Part shown: positions 19,087-28,801 of the stretch, one piece after another | Layout of the letters: each line of letters opens with the position of its first letter | Position numbering within the stretch: the first letter of the stretch is position 1 | DNA from: a virus | DNA length: 64,000 nt | Reading direction: 5' to 3' (one strand) | IMG/VR virus record: IMGVR_UViG_3300027987_000212 | Coordinates: 121,328 to 185,327 of that record | Notes under the pieces: model-generated | Databases searched by the model: none | The model's input: only the letters and a program-made list of their open reading frames with translations | What the model was told of the DNA's origin: nothing | Made by a program: the position numbers and the translations under genes

Positions 19087-20355
19087 TCACATGGAGCTTG
19101 CGGTGAATCCGGACGCTTGCTGCGGAGTGGCCGGGGCCATCCCCTGCCCGTCCTTCTCCTTGGCCTTCTTCATTTCCTTGGGGTCCGCGCAGGCGGCGGC
19201 CTTCACCAAGCTCGAGAGCAGCACGCGAGCTGCGGCGGTCTTGATGCCCCCCTGCTGCATACTGGCAATCTTCGCGCCCGCTTCGCCCGTACGGTCGAAG
19301 ACACGCTCGAGCGTCTTGTCCGTTGCAGCGGTCTGCGCGTTCTCGCTCAACAGCTGGTCGACATCCTTCTTCGGGTCTGCCTTGGCGTCCCGCTTGGTGA
19401 AATCGATGGCAGCCTGGTTCGACGCGACCATCTGCTCTTGCGAGCTGACGTCACTCGGAACGGCCGGCACGTTCTCCTCTGAGGCGGAAGCCCCTTCAGG
19501 AGGACCGTTGGGAACAGTGCCTGCCGAAATCTGTGCGGGGTTGATAGCATCCTCGGCGACCTTCTGCCGCTGACGAATCTCGGCGACCGTCACGCCAGCG
19601 CCGCCCGCTGCCGCTTGCTTACCCAACATCTGTTGCAGACGTACGGTGTTGTTGTGTAGCTGCGCAACCTTCTGGTTGGCGATGGGCTCGACCGGTTGCT
19701 CTGGGTGCTGCATCGCGGCATTGTCTGGGAGAGTACCCAGAGCAGCCGTCGAAGTCGTCTTTGGCTGCTGATTGGCGCCGGAGGCTTGCCCGCCCTCCCC
19801 TGTGTCGATGTTCGGCTCCGACGCCGTGGCAGCCGACGCCGGCAATGCGTTGGGCCCCGTAGACTCCTCGGCATCTTTCTCGAACTCGCCGGCAAGGTAC
19901 GCCAACGCGCTAGCCAACTTTGCTGCCTGCTCCGTCGGTATGTGGGTGGATGCGTTTGCAACCTTGGTCTGAGGCGCCACACCGAGCTGCATGTCTGCCT
20001 CGATACCGGCGGCCACACGTTGCATCGTGCCGGCCATCGCCGCTTTGACCAGGTCGTTCAGTTCTGGACGTCCAAGTGTACTCATGTTGACCTTCGCTGT
20101 TTTTGCGGGGAGAAGTGCTAGGCCTCCATTGGGGCCGGTCTTTGCGCTGGTGCCCGTATCGGGCGTCGGAGGACGCGCGGTGTTCACGCGCGAGTAGGTG
20201 GTGCGGGGCGACAGCCCCTTGGGCCCCGTCTGCCCCGGGGCTGTCTTGTTCTCGACAGCCGGCGGGGGCAGAGGGGTAATAGCGGCTTGACCTTTCAGGC
20301 CATCCGGAGCTGCGGAGCCTACAGCCTCCGCAAGTTTGTGCCCAGCCGCCACCAT
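19087..20355 (-). CDS. KxA-rich low-complexity head protein, scaffold-like
   Basis: 422 aa with many KxA motifs (KLAE, KTAP, KVAN, KLAS, KQAA, KVAE, KIAS, KTAA). Confidence 0.75.
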   Translation of the reverse strand: MVAAGHKLAEAVGSAAPDGLKGQAAITPLPPPAVENKTAPGQTGPKGLSPRTTYSRVNTARPPTPDTGTSAKTGPNGGLALLPAKTAKVNMSTLGRPELNDLVKAAMAGTMQRVAAGIEADMQLGVAPQTKVANASTHIPTEQAAKLASALAYLAGEFEKDAEESTGPNALPASAATASEPNIDTGEGGQASGANQQPKTTSTAALGTLPDNAAMQHPEQPVEPIANQKVAQLHNNTVRLQQMLGKQAAAGGAGVTVAEIRQRQKVAEDAINPAQISAGTVPNGPPEGASASEENVPAVPSDVSSQEQMVASNQAAIDFTKRDAKADPKKDVDQLLSENAQTAATDKTLERVFDRTGEAGAKIASMQQGGIKTAAARVLLSSLVKAAACADPKEMKKAKEKDGQGMAPATPQQASGFTASSM

Positions 20356-20362
20356 GATACCG

Positions 20363-21043
20363 TCAGTCCCACTTTACGGGGTAGCCCGCAGCCTCCAGGT
20401 ACTCGAGAGCACGAACGTGCACGGCATCATCCAAGTTCGTGGTGGAGGCAGTCTTGCTCTCCTGCCCCTCCAACGACCCCAACGTCGCCACTGCCTGTGT
20501 GCGCGCGATGGCAACATCCACGTCGACACCCGCCTCCTTGGCGATGTTCGGCACTTGCGCAAGTGCCAGGCGGTCGACAGCCGAAAAGCCGGCAACCTTG
20601 GTTTGCGTCGTGGTGGTTTGCGTCGCAGACTGAGCCTGCTTCACCCGCGCGACGGTGTCGGTCGCCGAAGCTCCGAGAGCCCCCGCACCGGCTTCCTTCT
20701 GCAGCGTCTGAATGAAGGATGCAGCCATGGTCTGCCCGAGCTCATGCGCCCAAGCCGCCTCTGCCTGCTTCTCCTGCTGTCGAGTGAACTCGAGCGCGGC
20801 CGCAGCCTTGGTGGCTTCCTCTTCCTTGGCTTCCTCTTCCTTCTTCTTTTTCTTCTCTTCGTCCTCTTCAGCGGCTTCGCCGGGAGGCATGTCCCCCGCC
20901 AACTTGGTGCCGTAGACGTTGAACCAAAGCTCGCCGATGGCATCTTCGGGCATCGTACTCAAGTCGACACCCTGCTCCGTGGCAAGCTTCGCGAAAAGGG
21001 AAATCTGGGCTTCCTTCTCGAGTTCTTCAGCGGTCCTATTCAT
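20363..21043 (-). CDS. KxA-rich head protein
   Basis: 10 of 17 lysines are in KxA context. Confidence 0.75.
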   Translation of the reverse strand: MNRTAEELEKEAQISLFAKLATEQGVDLSTMPEDAIGELWFNVYGTKLAGDMPPGEAAEEDEEKKKKKEEEAKEEEATKAAAALEFTRQQEKQAEAAWAHELGQTMAASFIQTLQKEAGAGALGASATDTVARVKQAQSATQTTTTQTKVAGFSAVDRLALAQVPNIAKEAGVDVDVAIARTQAVATLGSLEGQESKTASTTNLDDAVHVRALEYLEAAGYPVKWD

Positions 21044-21104
21044 GATGGTCTCCTACGTCTTTGTGAATCACGCTGTCTTCGAGGGGGTACCCTCTCCGCG
21101 TTGG

Positions 21105-22742
21105 CTACTGCCAGTCCGTAACTTGAGCACCCCTACCGCATTCGTCCAAGAATGCACGATGAAAGTACGTCGCACTCAGCGGGGTGAACAGGGCTTCTAC
21201 TGGTACCGTGGCAAGCTTGATGCAGCTCGGCTCCTTGACTCTCGAAGAGTCCAGTAAGTCTGGGGCGTGAGCTACTAGTTCCATGAGGCCTGCGCGGTAC
21301 CCGTTGTACGCAGCCCCAATCTTACGCATCAGGTCACTGTGAAGGGAAGCACTTACCCCCTCCACTGGCTCAGGTGTCTTCCCTAGCACCAGCACACGCT
21401 GCTCGATGAAGGGCCCAAAGCCACTGCGTCCAGACAAGAAAGGCAGCAATAGCGGCAGTAATGTAGACAAGAAACCTTCAGGCCTGAGCGACATGTCCTG
21501 CACTTCATCGCACCGCGGGAACACCTGGTTACCCTCCGCAAACTCATCGGCAAGCCCACCAGCACCTGCATGCATGAGAAGCATGTGCTGAAACTCCTTG
21601 GGGCGCAGGACAATGCCCAGCGCGGTAAGGGTAGCCAGCGACTGCGGAAGAGGCAGCCCCGCCAAGTCCGCAAGCAAGTCTGGCGGTAAGTCCCGCTCTT
21701 GTCGAGTCAACAATGGCACCGCTTTGCCTGCCAGATTACTGGGCAAGTTGTCCTTGTCTATGGAACCCCGCTTGGACCCAGCCTGCTTCCCGAATTCTCC
21801 AGTAAGAATGCGCTCAAACGTACTGGGCGCAGAAGCAGTCTTCGTGCCCTCCACCGACGCTGTCTCCAAGGTCGACGTACGTAGTGGCCACGAGCCCTTA
21901 CCGCTGAAGATGAGTAGCATCTGCTTCGCCGTGCGGTCAGCACCGATAAAGACGTAGCTGATATCGAAGAACCTCGGGTAGTCGTTGAAGACGAACACTT
22001 TCCTGCCATCAGGCAGGATGACGTTCATCATCTTCAGGGCATGCTCACAGTAGTCTTTGCGCGTGATGGACACGCCACGAATAGGCTTCCGCTTGTGTAC
22101 CTCGAGTACAGCCATGCCCGGGTGGGCATGCCGCTTCGGGTCAAACGTCGCCTGCGCGGCACGGTACCGGTCCCAGTCTAAGCAGATGGAGCAAGTATCG
22201 AACGGAACCTTCGCGCCCATACTAACGTCGGGGAATCCGCCAGCCTGTATCTTGTCCCAAACCCCCGTACCCCCAAACTGCTGACACTTGTCGTAGTCAA
22301 GACGCGTAACCAGCTCCGCCCGCCGCATATGCGGGTTCCACGTTGCCAGTTCCACTTCCCCAAAAGCCTGGGCTGAGTCCTTGTTCTTGTGATGCGCGTA
22401 GGGGTGCGCTCCGTAGAACGTGGGAAACCCGTACGGCCACGACTCAGCAAGTACCTTGTCGTGAGCAGGTACGTTGGTCCACTCACTGGGGCGATGGACG
22501 AGGGCTGCCTCGGGAAACGCGTCGCCATTGACGTTCGACCCGAAGTACTCACTCGCCCCGAGTGCATTGACCAGGACGTACTGCGACTCCTTGCGTGGCC
22601 GCAATCCCTGAATGTACGTCGCCACCTCAGGCATGAGGCCGACAGAAGCCGTCTTCTCGAAGTACTTGTCGGCATGCCCAAAAAGCGGAACGACGACCTT
22701 ACCGGCCTCACCCTCGTGGCGATAGTAGCTGTACTTGAGCAT
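21105..22742 (-). CDS. prohead maturation protease (probable)
   Basis: SNVNGDAFPE, TFYGAHPYAHHKNKD (His), VSMG (Ser) then VPFDTCSIC; pattern resembles capsid maturation proteases of large myophages. Confidence 0.7.
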   Translation of the reverse strand: MLKYSYYRHEGEAGKVVVPLFGHADKYFEKTASVGLMPEVATYIQGLRPRKESQYVLVNALGASEYFGSNVNGDAFPEAALVHRPSEWTNVPAHDKVLAESWPYGFPTFYGAHPYAHHKNKDSAQAFGEVELATWNPHMRRAELVTRLDYDKCQQFGGTGVWDKIQAGGFPDVSMGAKVPFDTCSICLDWDRYRAAQATFDPKRHAHPGMAVLEVHKRKPIRGVSITRKDYCEHALKMMNVILPDGRKVFVFNDYPRFFDISYVFIGADRTAKQMLLIFSGKGSWPLRTSTLETASVEGTKTASAPSTFERILTGEFGKQAGSKRGSIDKDNLPSNLAGKAVPLLTRQERDLPPDLLADLAGLPLPQSLATLTALGIVLRPKEFQHMLLMHAGAGGLADEFAEGNQVFPRCDEVQDMSLRPEGFLSTLLPLLLPFLSGRSGFGPFIEQRVLVLGKTPEPVEGVSASLHSDLMRKIGAAYNGYRAGLMELVAHAPDLLDSSRVKEPSCIKLATVPVEALFTPLSATYFHRAFLDECGRGAQVTDWQ

Positions 22743-22745
22743 GTA

Positions 22746-23303
22746 CTACGCCGTCTGCTGGGCAGCTCGAGCGCGGCGCTGCTCCTCCTCGAACCCTTGT
22801 TGCCGTCGAGCTTCTTGCATCTGACTGTTGAGGCCGTACTGCACACCCGCACCCATCGCACGTTGGATGTCAGGAACCAGCGACATGTTGCCCCGAGTCA
22901 GCCCCGCGTGCTCCTTAGCCAAGTTCACCAAGGTGCCCCCGACATTGCTTGGGTTCTCTCCCATCATCCGCATGAAGTGCGCTGCGACCAGCGGCTGCGC
23001 TGCGAATTCAGGTGCCATGCTTCTCAGCGCAGTAAAGCGTCGGTTGAACGTTCGAGGGTCCTCTTGTTGGTACTCTCGAAGCCCTGGGTCCGCCTCCATC
23101 ATGCTCGAAAAGTCTCGCCGCTTGGTCAGTGCTTGGTAGGCCTTCCCCGTGGCTGCAACGAGGCCAGTCGCTGCAATGCTGCCCCCGACGGACACCGCAA
23201 CACCGGGTATGGCTGCCTTGGCTGCGGGCCAGAACGAGGCTGTCTTTGGGGAGGCCAGTTTGACCTCCCCGTACGTCTCCAAGTACTCATCGAGTGGGTT
23301 CAT
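22746..23303 (-). CDS. KxA-motif virion protein
   Basis: KLASPKTAS at the N-terminus followed by a hydrophobic Gly/Ala helix. Confidence 0.7.
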   Translation of the reverse strand: MNPLDEYLETYGEVKLASPKTASFWPAAKAAIPGVAVSVGGSIAATGLVAATGKAYQALTKRRDFSSMMEADPGLREYQQEDPRTFNRRFTALRSMAPEFAAQPLVAAHFMRMMGENPSNVGGTLVNLAKEHAGLTRGNMSLVPDIQRAMGAGVQYGLNSQMQEARRQQGFEEEQRRARAAQQTA

Positions 23304-24568
23304 ACGGGAAAGCCCTGCTGGTAGCTGTACTGCCGAATCATGTTCTGGTGGGTGTAAGGCACCCGGCTCAGGACGAAGTTCTTCGCCCCTTGTACCATCG
23401 GATTGTACTTGGCGCGCTGGTAGGCGTCCTCGAGCGCAATACCGCCAGCGATGTGCGGCGCGTACTTCACCGCCCCGCCCAAGACGTTCCCCGCACGCTC
23501 CGCGGCTTGGACGCTACCTCCCGCCGCCTCCACCATTTCACGCGTGAACGCATTGACGGGGCGCGACGCTTTCGCGGTAGCTTGCGTCACACCCCGAACC
23601 GCTTTTGGGATTTTGCCCAAGATTCCGCCAATCTCTGACGCGGAGCTTGCCTCCTTCAAGAAGGTCTCGACTTGGCCCAGAGCCGTCTCGACGTCCTCCA
23701 TGACCTGCCGCGTTGCCGCCAACTTGTTCAGCGTCTCGCACCACGTCGAGAACGTCCGCACCAACGGGTGCGCCGCGTTGACGGGCGTCGCCGCAACCTT
23801 CACCGCGAGGGACTCGACGAGCTCCTCTCGAGAGGGGAACACCCCGGAAGTCACCAAGGCGGGAGTCAACATCGTGAAAGCAGCCTTGATGAACTCCGGC
23901 TGCGCCCCAGCGCCCGCCCCCCAGGCTGCGACGATGTGCGACAACGGGACACCCGCCAAGGCTGCCTGCTTCGTTCGCTCGAGTAGCTCCCCACCCAGCA
24001 TCTGCAGCTGCGTTTCCCCCAAGCTCATCTCGGCCAAGGCCTCCTCGTACAAACTGGCAAGCTTGCTCCGAGCCTCGAGCGCGGGGGCCAGTGGTTCTGC
24101 GAAAGGCATTGGGGAGGGGGTAGCCTGGAAGAGTTCGGCCAGCTTGACCTCGTCCAGACCCATCCGCGCCTCATTGGCCGCCGCAGCCTTCGCGAAGTCG
24201 GGCGGGGGAGCCTGGTAGTCCCCGCTGCCGGTGTCGAACACAGACCCACCCCCACCGTCGTTCAAATCCTGAAGGATGGCCGCGGGGTCTGCCGGGCCGC
24301 CGACGAACTCCACGAACTTGTGCGACGCGCCCACCTTGCTGAACTCAGTCTGGTAGGCAGCATGGTTCGTGAACTCGACTACACGCCGTACTTGTTCCGG
24401 AGACAAGCCAGCAGTCTTCACCGTGCTTACTACAGCCTCAGTCAACGTACTACACTGCCCACGATGGTAGAGTGCCGCAGCATACTTCCCCAGCGTCTCC
24501 AGTTCTGCGCCTGTCTTGTTGCGCGCGGCCTTCTGCTGCACCAGCATTGACGTGGGAAGGTCATTCAT
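23300..24568 (-). CDS. KxA-rich virion protein
   Basis: About 12 of 20 lysines in KxA context; start placed at MNDLP. Confidence 0.75.
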   Translation of the reverse strand: MNDLPTSMLVQQKAARNKTGAELETLGKYAAALYHRGQCSTLTEAVVSTVKTAGLSPEQVRRVVEFTNHAAYQTEFSKVGASHKFVEFVGGPADPAAILQDLNDGGGGSVFDTGSGDYQAPPPDFAKAAAANEARMGLDEVKLAELFQATPSPMPFAEPLAPALEARSKLASLYEEALAEMSLGETQLQMLGGELLERTKQAALAGVPLSHIVAAWGAGAGAQPEFIKAAFTMLTPALVTSGVFPSREELVESLAVKVAATPVNAAHPLVRTFSTWCETLNKLAATRQVMEDVETALGQVETFLKEASSASEIGGILGKIPKAVRGVTQATAKASRPVNAFTREMVEAAGGSVQAAERAGNVLGGAVKYAPHIAGGIALEDAYQRAKYNPMVQGAKNFVLSRVPYTHQNMIRQYSYQQGFPV

Positions 24569-24612
24569 AGCAAGTAGCGTACACCCACCCAATCTCCAAG
24601 GGAAGTAATCGA

Positions 24613-25314
24613 GTGACGGAACCCAGCGAACTCGTTAGCACCCAAGAAGCGGCGCAACTCCTAGACCTTGCGCCGCGCTCTGTGCGCGACCTGGTAGCAA
24701 AAGGCTACCTACGGCCGACTGCAGCCGGCACTCACTACAAGTTCCGAAAGAGCGACGTATTGCTGCTCGCGGCCATGCGCCAGCAAGGTACCGACTTACC
24801 CTCTGTCGCACTGATGGCAGCACACTCCGCCGCACGTATTGCCCAGCTCGAGCGACAACTTCACTACCTCTCCGTAGTGCTCCAAGTCGACATCCCTAGT
24901 GCGGACCTAGCCGCCGATGCCGTCAAATCGCGCCACATCAAAGCACAGGACACTGTAGGCAGGAGGCAGCACACTACTGAAGAGGTGTTCGAGTGGGCTC
25001 GGTTCTTCTACGCGGTTGGGGAGGAGTACTTCGACGCCATACTTCAGCATGTAGGAGACACAGAACCTTGGCAGTTACTCCTGAAGACAGCTAACCACCT
25101 CATGACCTGCTGCACCCCCAAGCTGGTAGCCAAGGACACTGAAGCCCGGGCAGCCTTTCAGTATCTCGATGCTGCCCGGCGCAACCTGTACCATGCAGCT
25201 TACTTCTACGTGCGGCGCTCCTACGGCGCAAGGGCGTCTAACGCGCTATTCCCGCACGCTACTGGTAACATCAACGCCGAGTTATCCGCGTTAGCCAACG
25301 CCATTCATGCCTAG
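24613..25314 (+). CDS. excisionase/MerR-type HTH protein
   Basis: LVSTQEAAQLLDLAPRSVRDLVAKGYL HTH followed by a coiled coil. Confidence 0.7.
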   Translation: MTEPSELVSTQEAAQLLDLAPRSVRDLVAKGYLRPTAAGTHYKFRKSDVLLLAAMRQQGTDLPSVALMAAHSAARIAQLERQLHYLSVVLQVDIPSADLAADAVKSRHIKAQDTVGRRQHTTEEVFEWARFFYAVGEEYFDAILQHVGDTEPWQLLLKTANHLMTCCTPKLVAKDTEARAAFQYLDAARRNLYHAAYFYVRRSYGARASNALFPHATGNINAELSALANAIHA

Positions 25315-27101
25315 AACTCCAGCCCAACAGGCATGATGTATGCGGCCATCTTGTTACCGTGCTTGTCCTCTTGATTGGGGGCGATGATGTCCGACCGCGG
25401 AATCTGCAGCATAGACACAAGCCACGCGTATAAGAACGAGTGAAACGTGTCATCCGGCTTGTCCGGTGAATGCAGGTACTGCAAGAACCTCAGGCGCTCG
25501 TTGTACTGGCTGTAGATGTTCAGGAAGTCTGCGGCGTAAGGAGTCTCGAACTCTTCCCATCGTGGGAATTCGCACTGCTTACCCTTCTTGATGGCGTTGA
25601 AGATGTCGCTCATCACCTCCGTGCGACGAACCTTGAACCTGCGCAACTTGTTGTCCCACTCCACCTTCGCCTTGCACTGAGACAAGTACTGGTACTGCCA
25701 TACGCGGCGCGCGCCGTAGCGACGCAGCAATAAGCTGTTGGGGTGGAAACCGCCACCGTAGTCCACACCAATCAACGAGACGTTGAAATAGTCCAAGAGC
25801 TGCGTGATGAGGTCCATCTGTATGGAGGGCTCAACCTCCCGCCCCGTAAAACGGTGCGTGTAGAACATCCGAAAGCGGTTGTCTACGTACGTAGCAAGGG
25901 ACAGGACAGTGTAGCTGTTCTCTCCCGTACCCCAGTCAATGCCCGCGAAGATGGGTTGGCCAAAACCGAGTGAGCGGTAGCGTTCGATGTCCTCCATCGA
26001 CACAGCGTCATTGCAGCATATTTTGACCTCATGTTTAGCTAGAGGACGTAGACCAGAATCATAGCTAAGCCCAAGCACCTCATTGTAGAACTGCGCTCGC
26101 GGGTAGCGCTCGTAGTCGTTGAGTATCTCCGACCAACTACGCCAAGGCACCATGAGCTGGGATATACGGTAGCCCTCAAAGGTTATCTTTGGCGGGTCCA
26201 GCTTGTTCATAGCTGCCCACTGCGCTCGCTCGTGCTGGGGGTTCAGCAACTTGCCACACTTAGAGCAAATGAGTCCCTTGCGCCCAATGTTACTCTCGCC
26301 AAGTACATTCCAGTGGCGGCAACCGTCGCAGGGAACCACCCACTCACACTGCGTGGAGTACCTATCCCAGTAGTACTCGATAGTGTTGTCTAGGGACTTC
26401 GGCGTACCAGAATAGAGGTAGCGCTTCCAGCGCTCCGGTGCGTGCGAGGTGCACTGCTCCATCACCGGGATGTTGTCCGGCAAAAGGTCTTGAATCTCAT
26501 CCAGTTCTAACAACCAGGCGGGGATGCCGCGCGTGCGGTCGGCATTCAAGAAAGCGTAGCGTAGCGTAATCTTGCTGCGGTTGACGAACTGCTTCTCCAA
26601 GATGTTCTGCGACAACATCTTGGTCGTGAACCGACGAAGCATCGGGCTAGTATCGATAGGCTCCTTGATGCGGTCCTTGGAGAAGGTATCCGTCTGCCGT
26701 CCCGATGGTGAGACATACAAAGCACGATAACCCGGCACCATACAGCAGTACGTGAGCGCATAGTTGCCGAGGAACGTACTCTTCTCGACCTGCCTACCGC
26801 ACTTGAGCAGGACACGATTGGCTGGCGTATCGTAGCAACGTCTGAGATGGGGACGGGGACCAAAAGAGAAGCGCCGCATCTCCATCCGCCCCTCCTCCGT
26901 CTCAGTGGGCATCATGAATGCCGCTTCTGTAAACTGTGAGGGGGTCAGCTCGGGAAGTACTGGCGTCGCACGCCGTCCTTGCGTGAAGTAGGATTCTTCT
27001 ACAGACTCCTCCCCAGGACTCCAAATCACTCCCTCAGGGATAGGCCCACCATCTGGGTCATCCAGGTCCGCCTCTCCTACCCAGTACTGCTCAGCCGCCA
27101 T
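25311..27101 (-). CDS. terL: terminase large subunit
   Basis: Walker A-like KCGRQVEKST, Walker B LELDEIQD, SGTPK motif III, nuclease FAGIDWG and DDTFHS, CxxC pairs as in lambda gpA-like terminases. Confidence 0.88.
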   Translation of the reverse strand: MAAEQYWVGEADLDDPDGGPIPEGVIWSPGEESVEESYFTQGRRATPVLPELTPSQFTEAAFMMPTETEEGRMEMRRFSFGPRPHLRRCYDTPANRVLLKCGRQVEKSTFLGNYALTYCCMVPGYRALYVSPSGRQTDTFSKDRIKEPIDTSPMLRRFTTKMLSQNILEKQFVNRSKITLRYAFLNADRTRGIPAWLLELDEIQDLLPDNIPVMEQCTSHAPERWKRYLYSGTPKSLDNTIEYYWDRYSTQCEWVVPCDGCRHWNVLGESNIGRKGLICSKCGKLLNPQHERAQWAAMNKLDPPKITFEGYRISQLMVPWRSWSEILNDYERYPRAQFYNEVLGLSYDSGLRPLAKHEVKICCNDAVSMEDIERYRSLGFGQPIFAGIDWGTGENSYTVLSLATYVDNRFRMFYTHRFTGREVEPSIQMDLITQLLDYFNVSLIGVDYGGGFHPNSLLLRRYGARRVWQYQYLSQCKAKVEWDNKLRRFKVRRTEVMSDIFNAIKKGKQCEFPRWEEFETPYAADFLNIYSQYNERLRFLQYLHSPDKPDDTFHSFLYAWLVSMLQIPRSDIIAPNQEDKHGNKMAAYIMPVGLEF

Positions 27102-27483
27102 GTTCTCCCCAGAGCCAACCAGCAATCCCATCGAGTGGCTGACCCAGGTAGGCCAAGCCCTGACCTTTGCCGGAGACCACCTCAGTGGTCAAGCTAGCTG
27201 CGTAGAAGCAACCACAACTCCCGGGACGTTTGACGTGGCTTTTCACCTACAGGGCCTCGTAACAGGAAAAGGTAAGCAGGCCCTAGTAGGGTACATACGC
27301 GAGTACGCTCGAGGCTGCGGCTGGGTAGCCTCCAAGTTTACGTGGTCGATGACATCCCTCATGTTTCAAGTGAGGGTAAGAAGTCATCGAGTCCCTGGTC
27401 CATACTCTGAAAGAAGCGAACAAGGTACGACCGCAAGTCAAGAATATGACCATAATCCCTGGCTCGAAGCCACCAAGACGTGA
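27100..27483 (+). CDS. hypothetical protein, antisense to the operon
   Basis: 127 aa ORF filling the gap upstream of terL; overlaps the next minus-strand gene by 125 nt. Confidence 0.35.
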   Translation: MFSPEPTSNPIEWLTQVGQALTFAGDHLSGQASCVEATTTPGTFDVAFHLQGLVTGKGKQALVGYIREYARGCGWVASKFTWSMTSLMFQVRVRSHRVPGPYSERSEQGTTASQEYDHNPWLEATKT

Positions 27484-27808
27484 CCTCCGGCGAGTACTTA
27501 GCCACTAGGCGCGGTTGTTCCGCATCAAAGTGTGCGCGAGCGACTGGGTCGAGGACACTGGGGAATAACTGCGTCCAATAGTGGTGTACCGCCGGTTTCA
27601 GTGGGTGCCCTTCGGGTCCTTGCAGCTCCCTAGGAAGGAAGAAGTGGACGACGATGTCCGACTCTTCTAGCAAGGTGTACTCCGCATTGAATGTGGTGAA
27701 GTCGTCTATCGGGGTGAAGCGAACAACCGCCTCCTCGAGTCCGCCGACAGCAACCTGCCCCATTTCGTTCAACAGCGTACTTGTGTTTGCATCACTTGCC
27801 TGCGTCAT
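27359..27808 (-). CDS. hypothetical protein
   Basis: Globular-looking ORF coupled to the upstream gene. Confidence 0.6.
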   Translation of the reverse strand: MTQASDANTSTLLNEMGQVAVGGLEEAVVRFTPIDDFTTFNAEYTLLEESDIVVHFFLPRELQGPEGHPLKPAVHHYWTQLFPSVLDPVARAHFDAEQPRLVAKYSPEVTSWWLRARDYGHILDLRSYLVRFFQSMDQGLDDFLPSLET

Positions 27809-28712
27809 CGTTAACCACCTTCCCATCCGTCAACATCGGCACTGATTCATCCGGCAGACTAGCCAGCGTCGGCACCTCGCTGGTCTCTGTACGGAGCATC
27901 AACCTAGCCAAGTCCTCATGCATCTCATCCACCGAGCTACCAACATCGACCATGATTTCGTGCATAGCCTTGGCTACCAGTGCCAAGTCTCGAGCCTCTG
28001 CGGCCGCACCCGACATCACAGCGTTCAAGGAGGCCGCAACTGCAGACAGTCGTGTCGCCCCAACCATGTTGGCCAGCTGCACATTGGCCGGCATGTACCC
28101 CAGGCGTAGGCTAGTCAGCATCGTCCCGAGTGTCGGCGAGGGCATTCGAGCGACCGTACGCCGCGGGTCTTTCCGGTGTTCCGTGGCAAACGCCCCCGCC
28201 AATGCAGTCTCATCTGGGTCAGTGGACGCAGCACCGTAGCTACTTCGCACCTCAATGAGGGCGCGCAGCTCTGTCGTGTCGACCAAGTCAACGTTGAAAT
28301 AGTGCTCCGCGAAACGCTGTACAGCTAACGGAGCACACTGCCTACGTTCTCGTGAAGCCAACACCATGGCGATGTAGTTGTAGGGGGCTCGAGTAATGAG
28401 CAACGTCTCGATTGCTTCCTTCAAGCGCGGCAGCTGCAACATCTGGTTAGCTGCCCGCATCGCATCATCCGGATGGAACAACCAGAACAGCCGCTCCCGC
28501 AGTAGAAAGCGGTAAGAGGCAGCGTGGGCTAAGTCTTGCGGACGAAAGGGCAGCGGCCGCACCATGGAGTCCCGTAATCGCTGCAAGTAGGGCATGCCCA
28601 GAAAAGGGAGACCCAGTTGCAGGCACATTTCCCGTATTTGGTCGTCTGGGTAGTCATCGGGGTGTACCAGAAGGTACCTCAGGTAGTACTCCGCGGGGGA
28701 CCGGCGAACCAT
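27792..28712 (-). CDS. hypothetical protein, terminase small subunit candidate
   Basis: 306 aa helical protein upstream of terL; call is positional only. Confidence 0.5.
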   Translation of the reverse strand: MVRRSPAEYYLRYLLVHPDDYPDDQIREMCLQLGLPFLGMPYLQRLRDSMVRPLPFRPQDLAHAASYRFLLRERLFWLFHPDDAMRAANQMLQLPRLKEAIETLLITRAPYNYIAMVLASRERRQCAPLAVQRFAEHYFNVDLVDTTELRALIEVRSSYGAASTDPDETALAGAFATEHRKDPRRTVARMPSPTLGTMLTSLRLGYMPANVQLANMVGATRLSAVAASLNAVMSGAAAEARDLALVAKAMHEIMVDVGSSVDEMHEDLARLMLRTETSEVPTLASLPDESVPMLTDGKVVNDDAGK

Positions 28713-28744
28713 TCACGAGAACGTGGACCATTCAGGCCAGCTAG

Positions 28745-28772
28745 TCAATAAGAAGCTGCGCACAGGGATAAG
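28745..28772 (+). promoter_or_regulatory. phage promoter motif TCAA-N15-AGGGATAAG
   Basis: Recurrent motif; precedes the first gene of the plus-strand arm. Confidence 0.7.
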
Positions 28773-28801
28773 TACCACGAGCAACCACTAGGACTAGAGG
28801 C

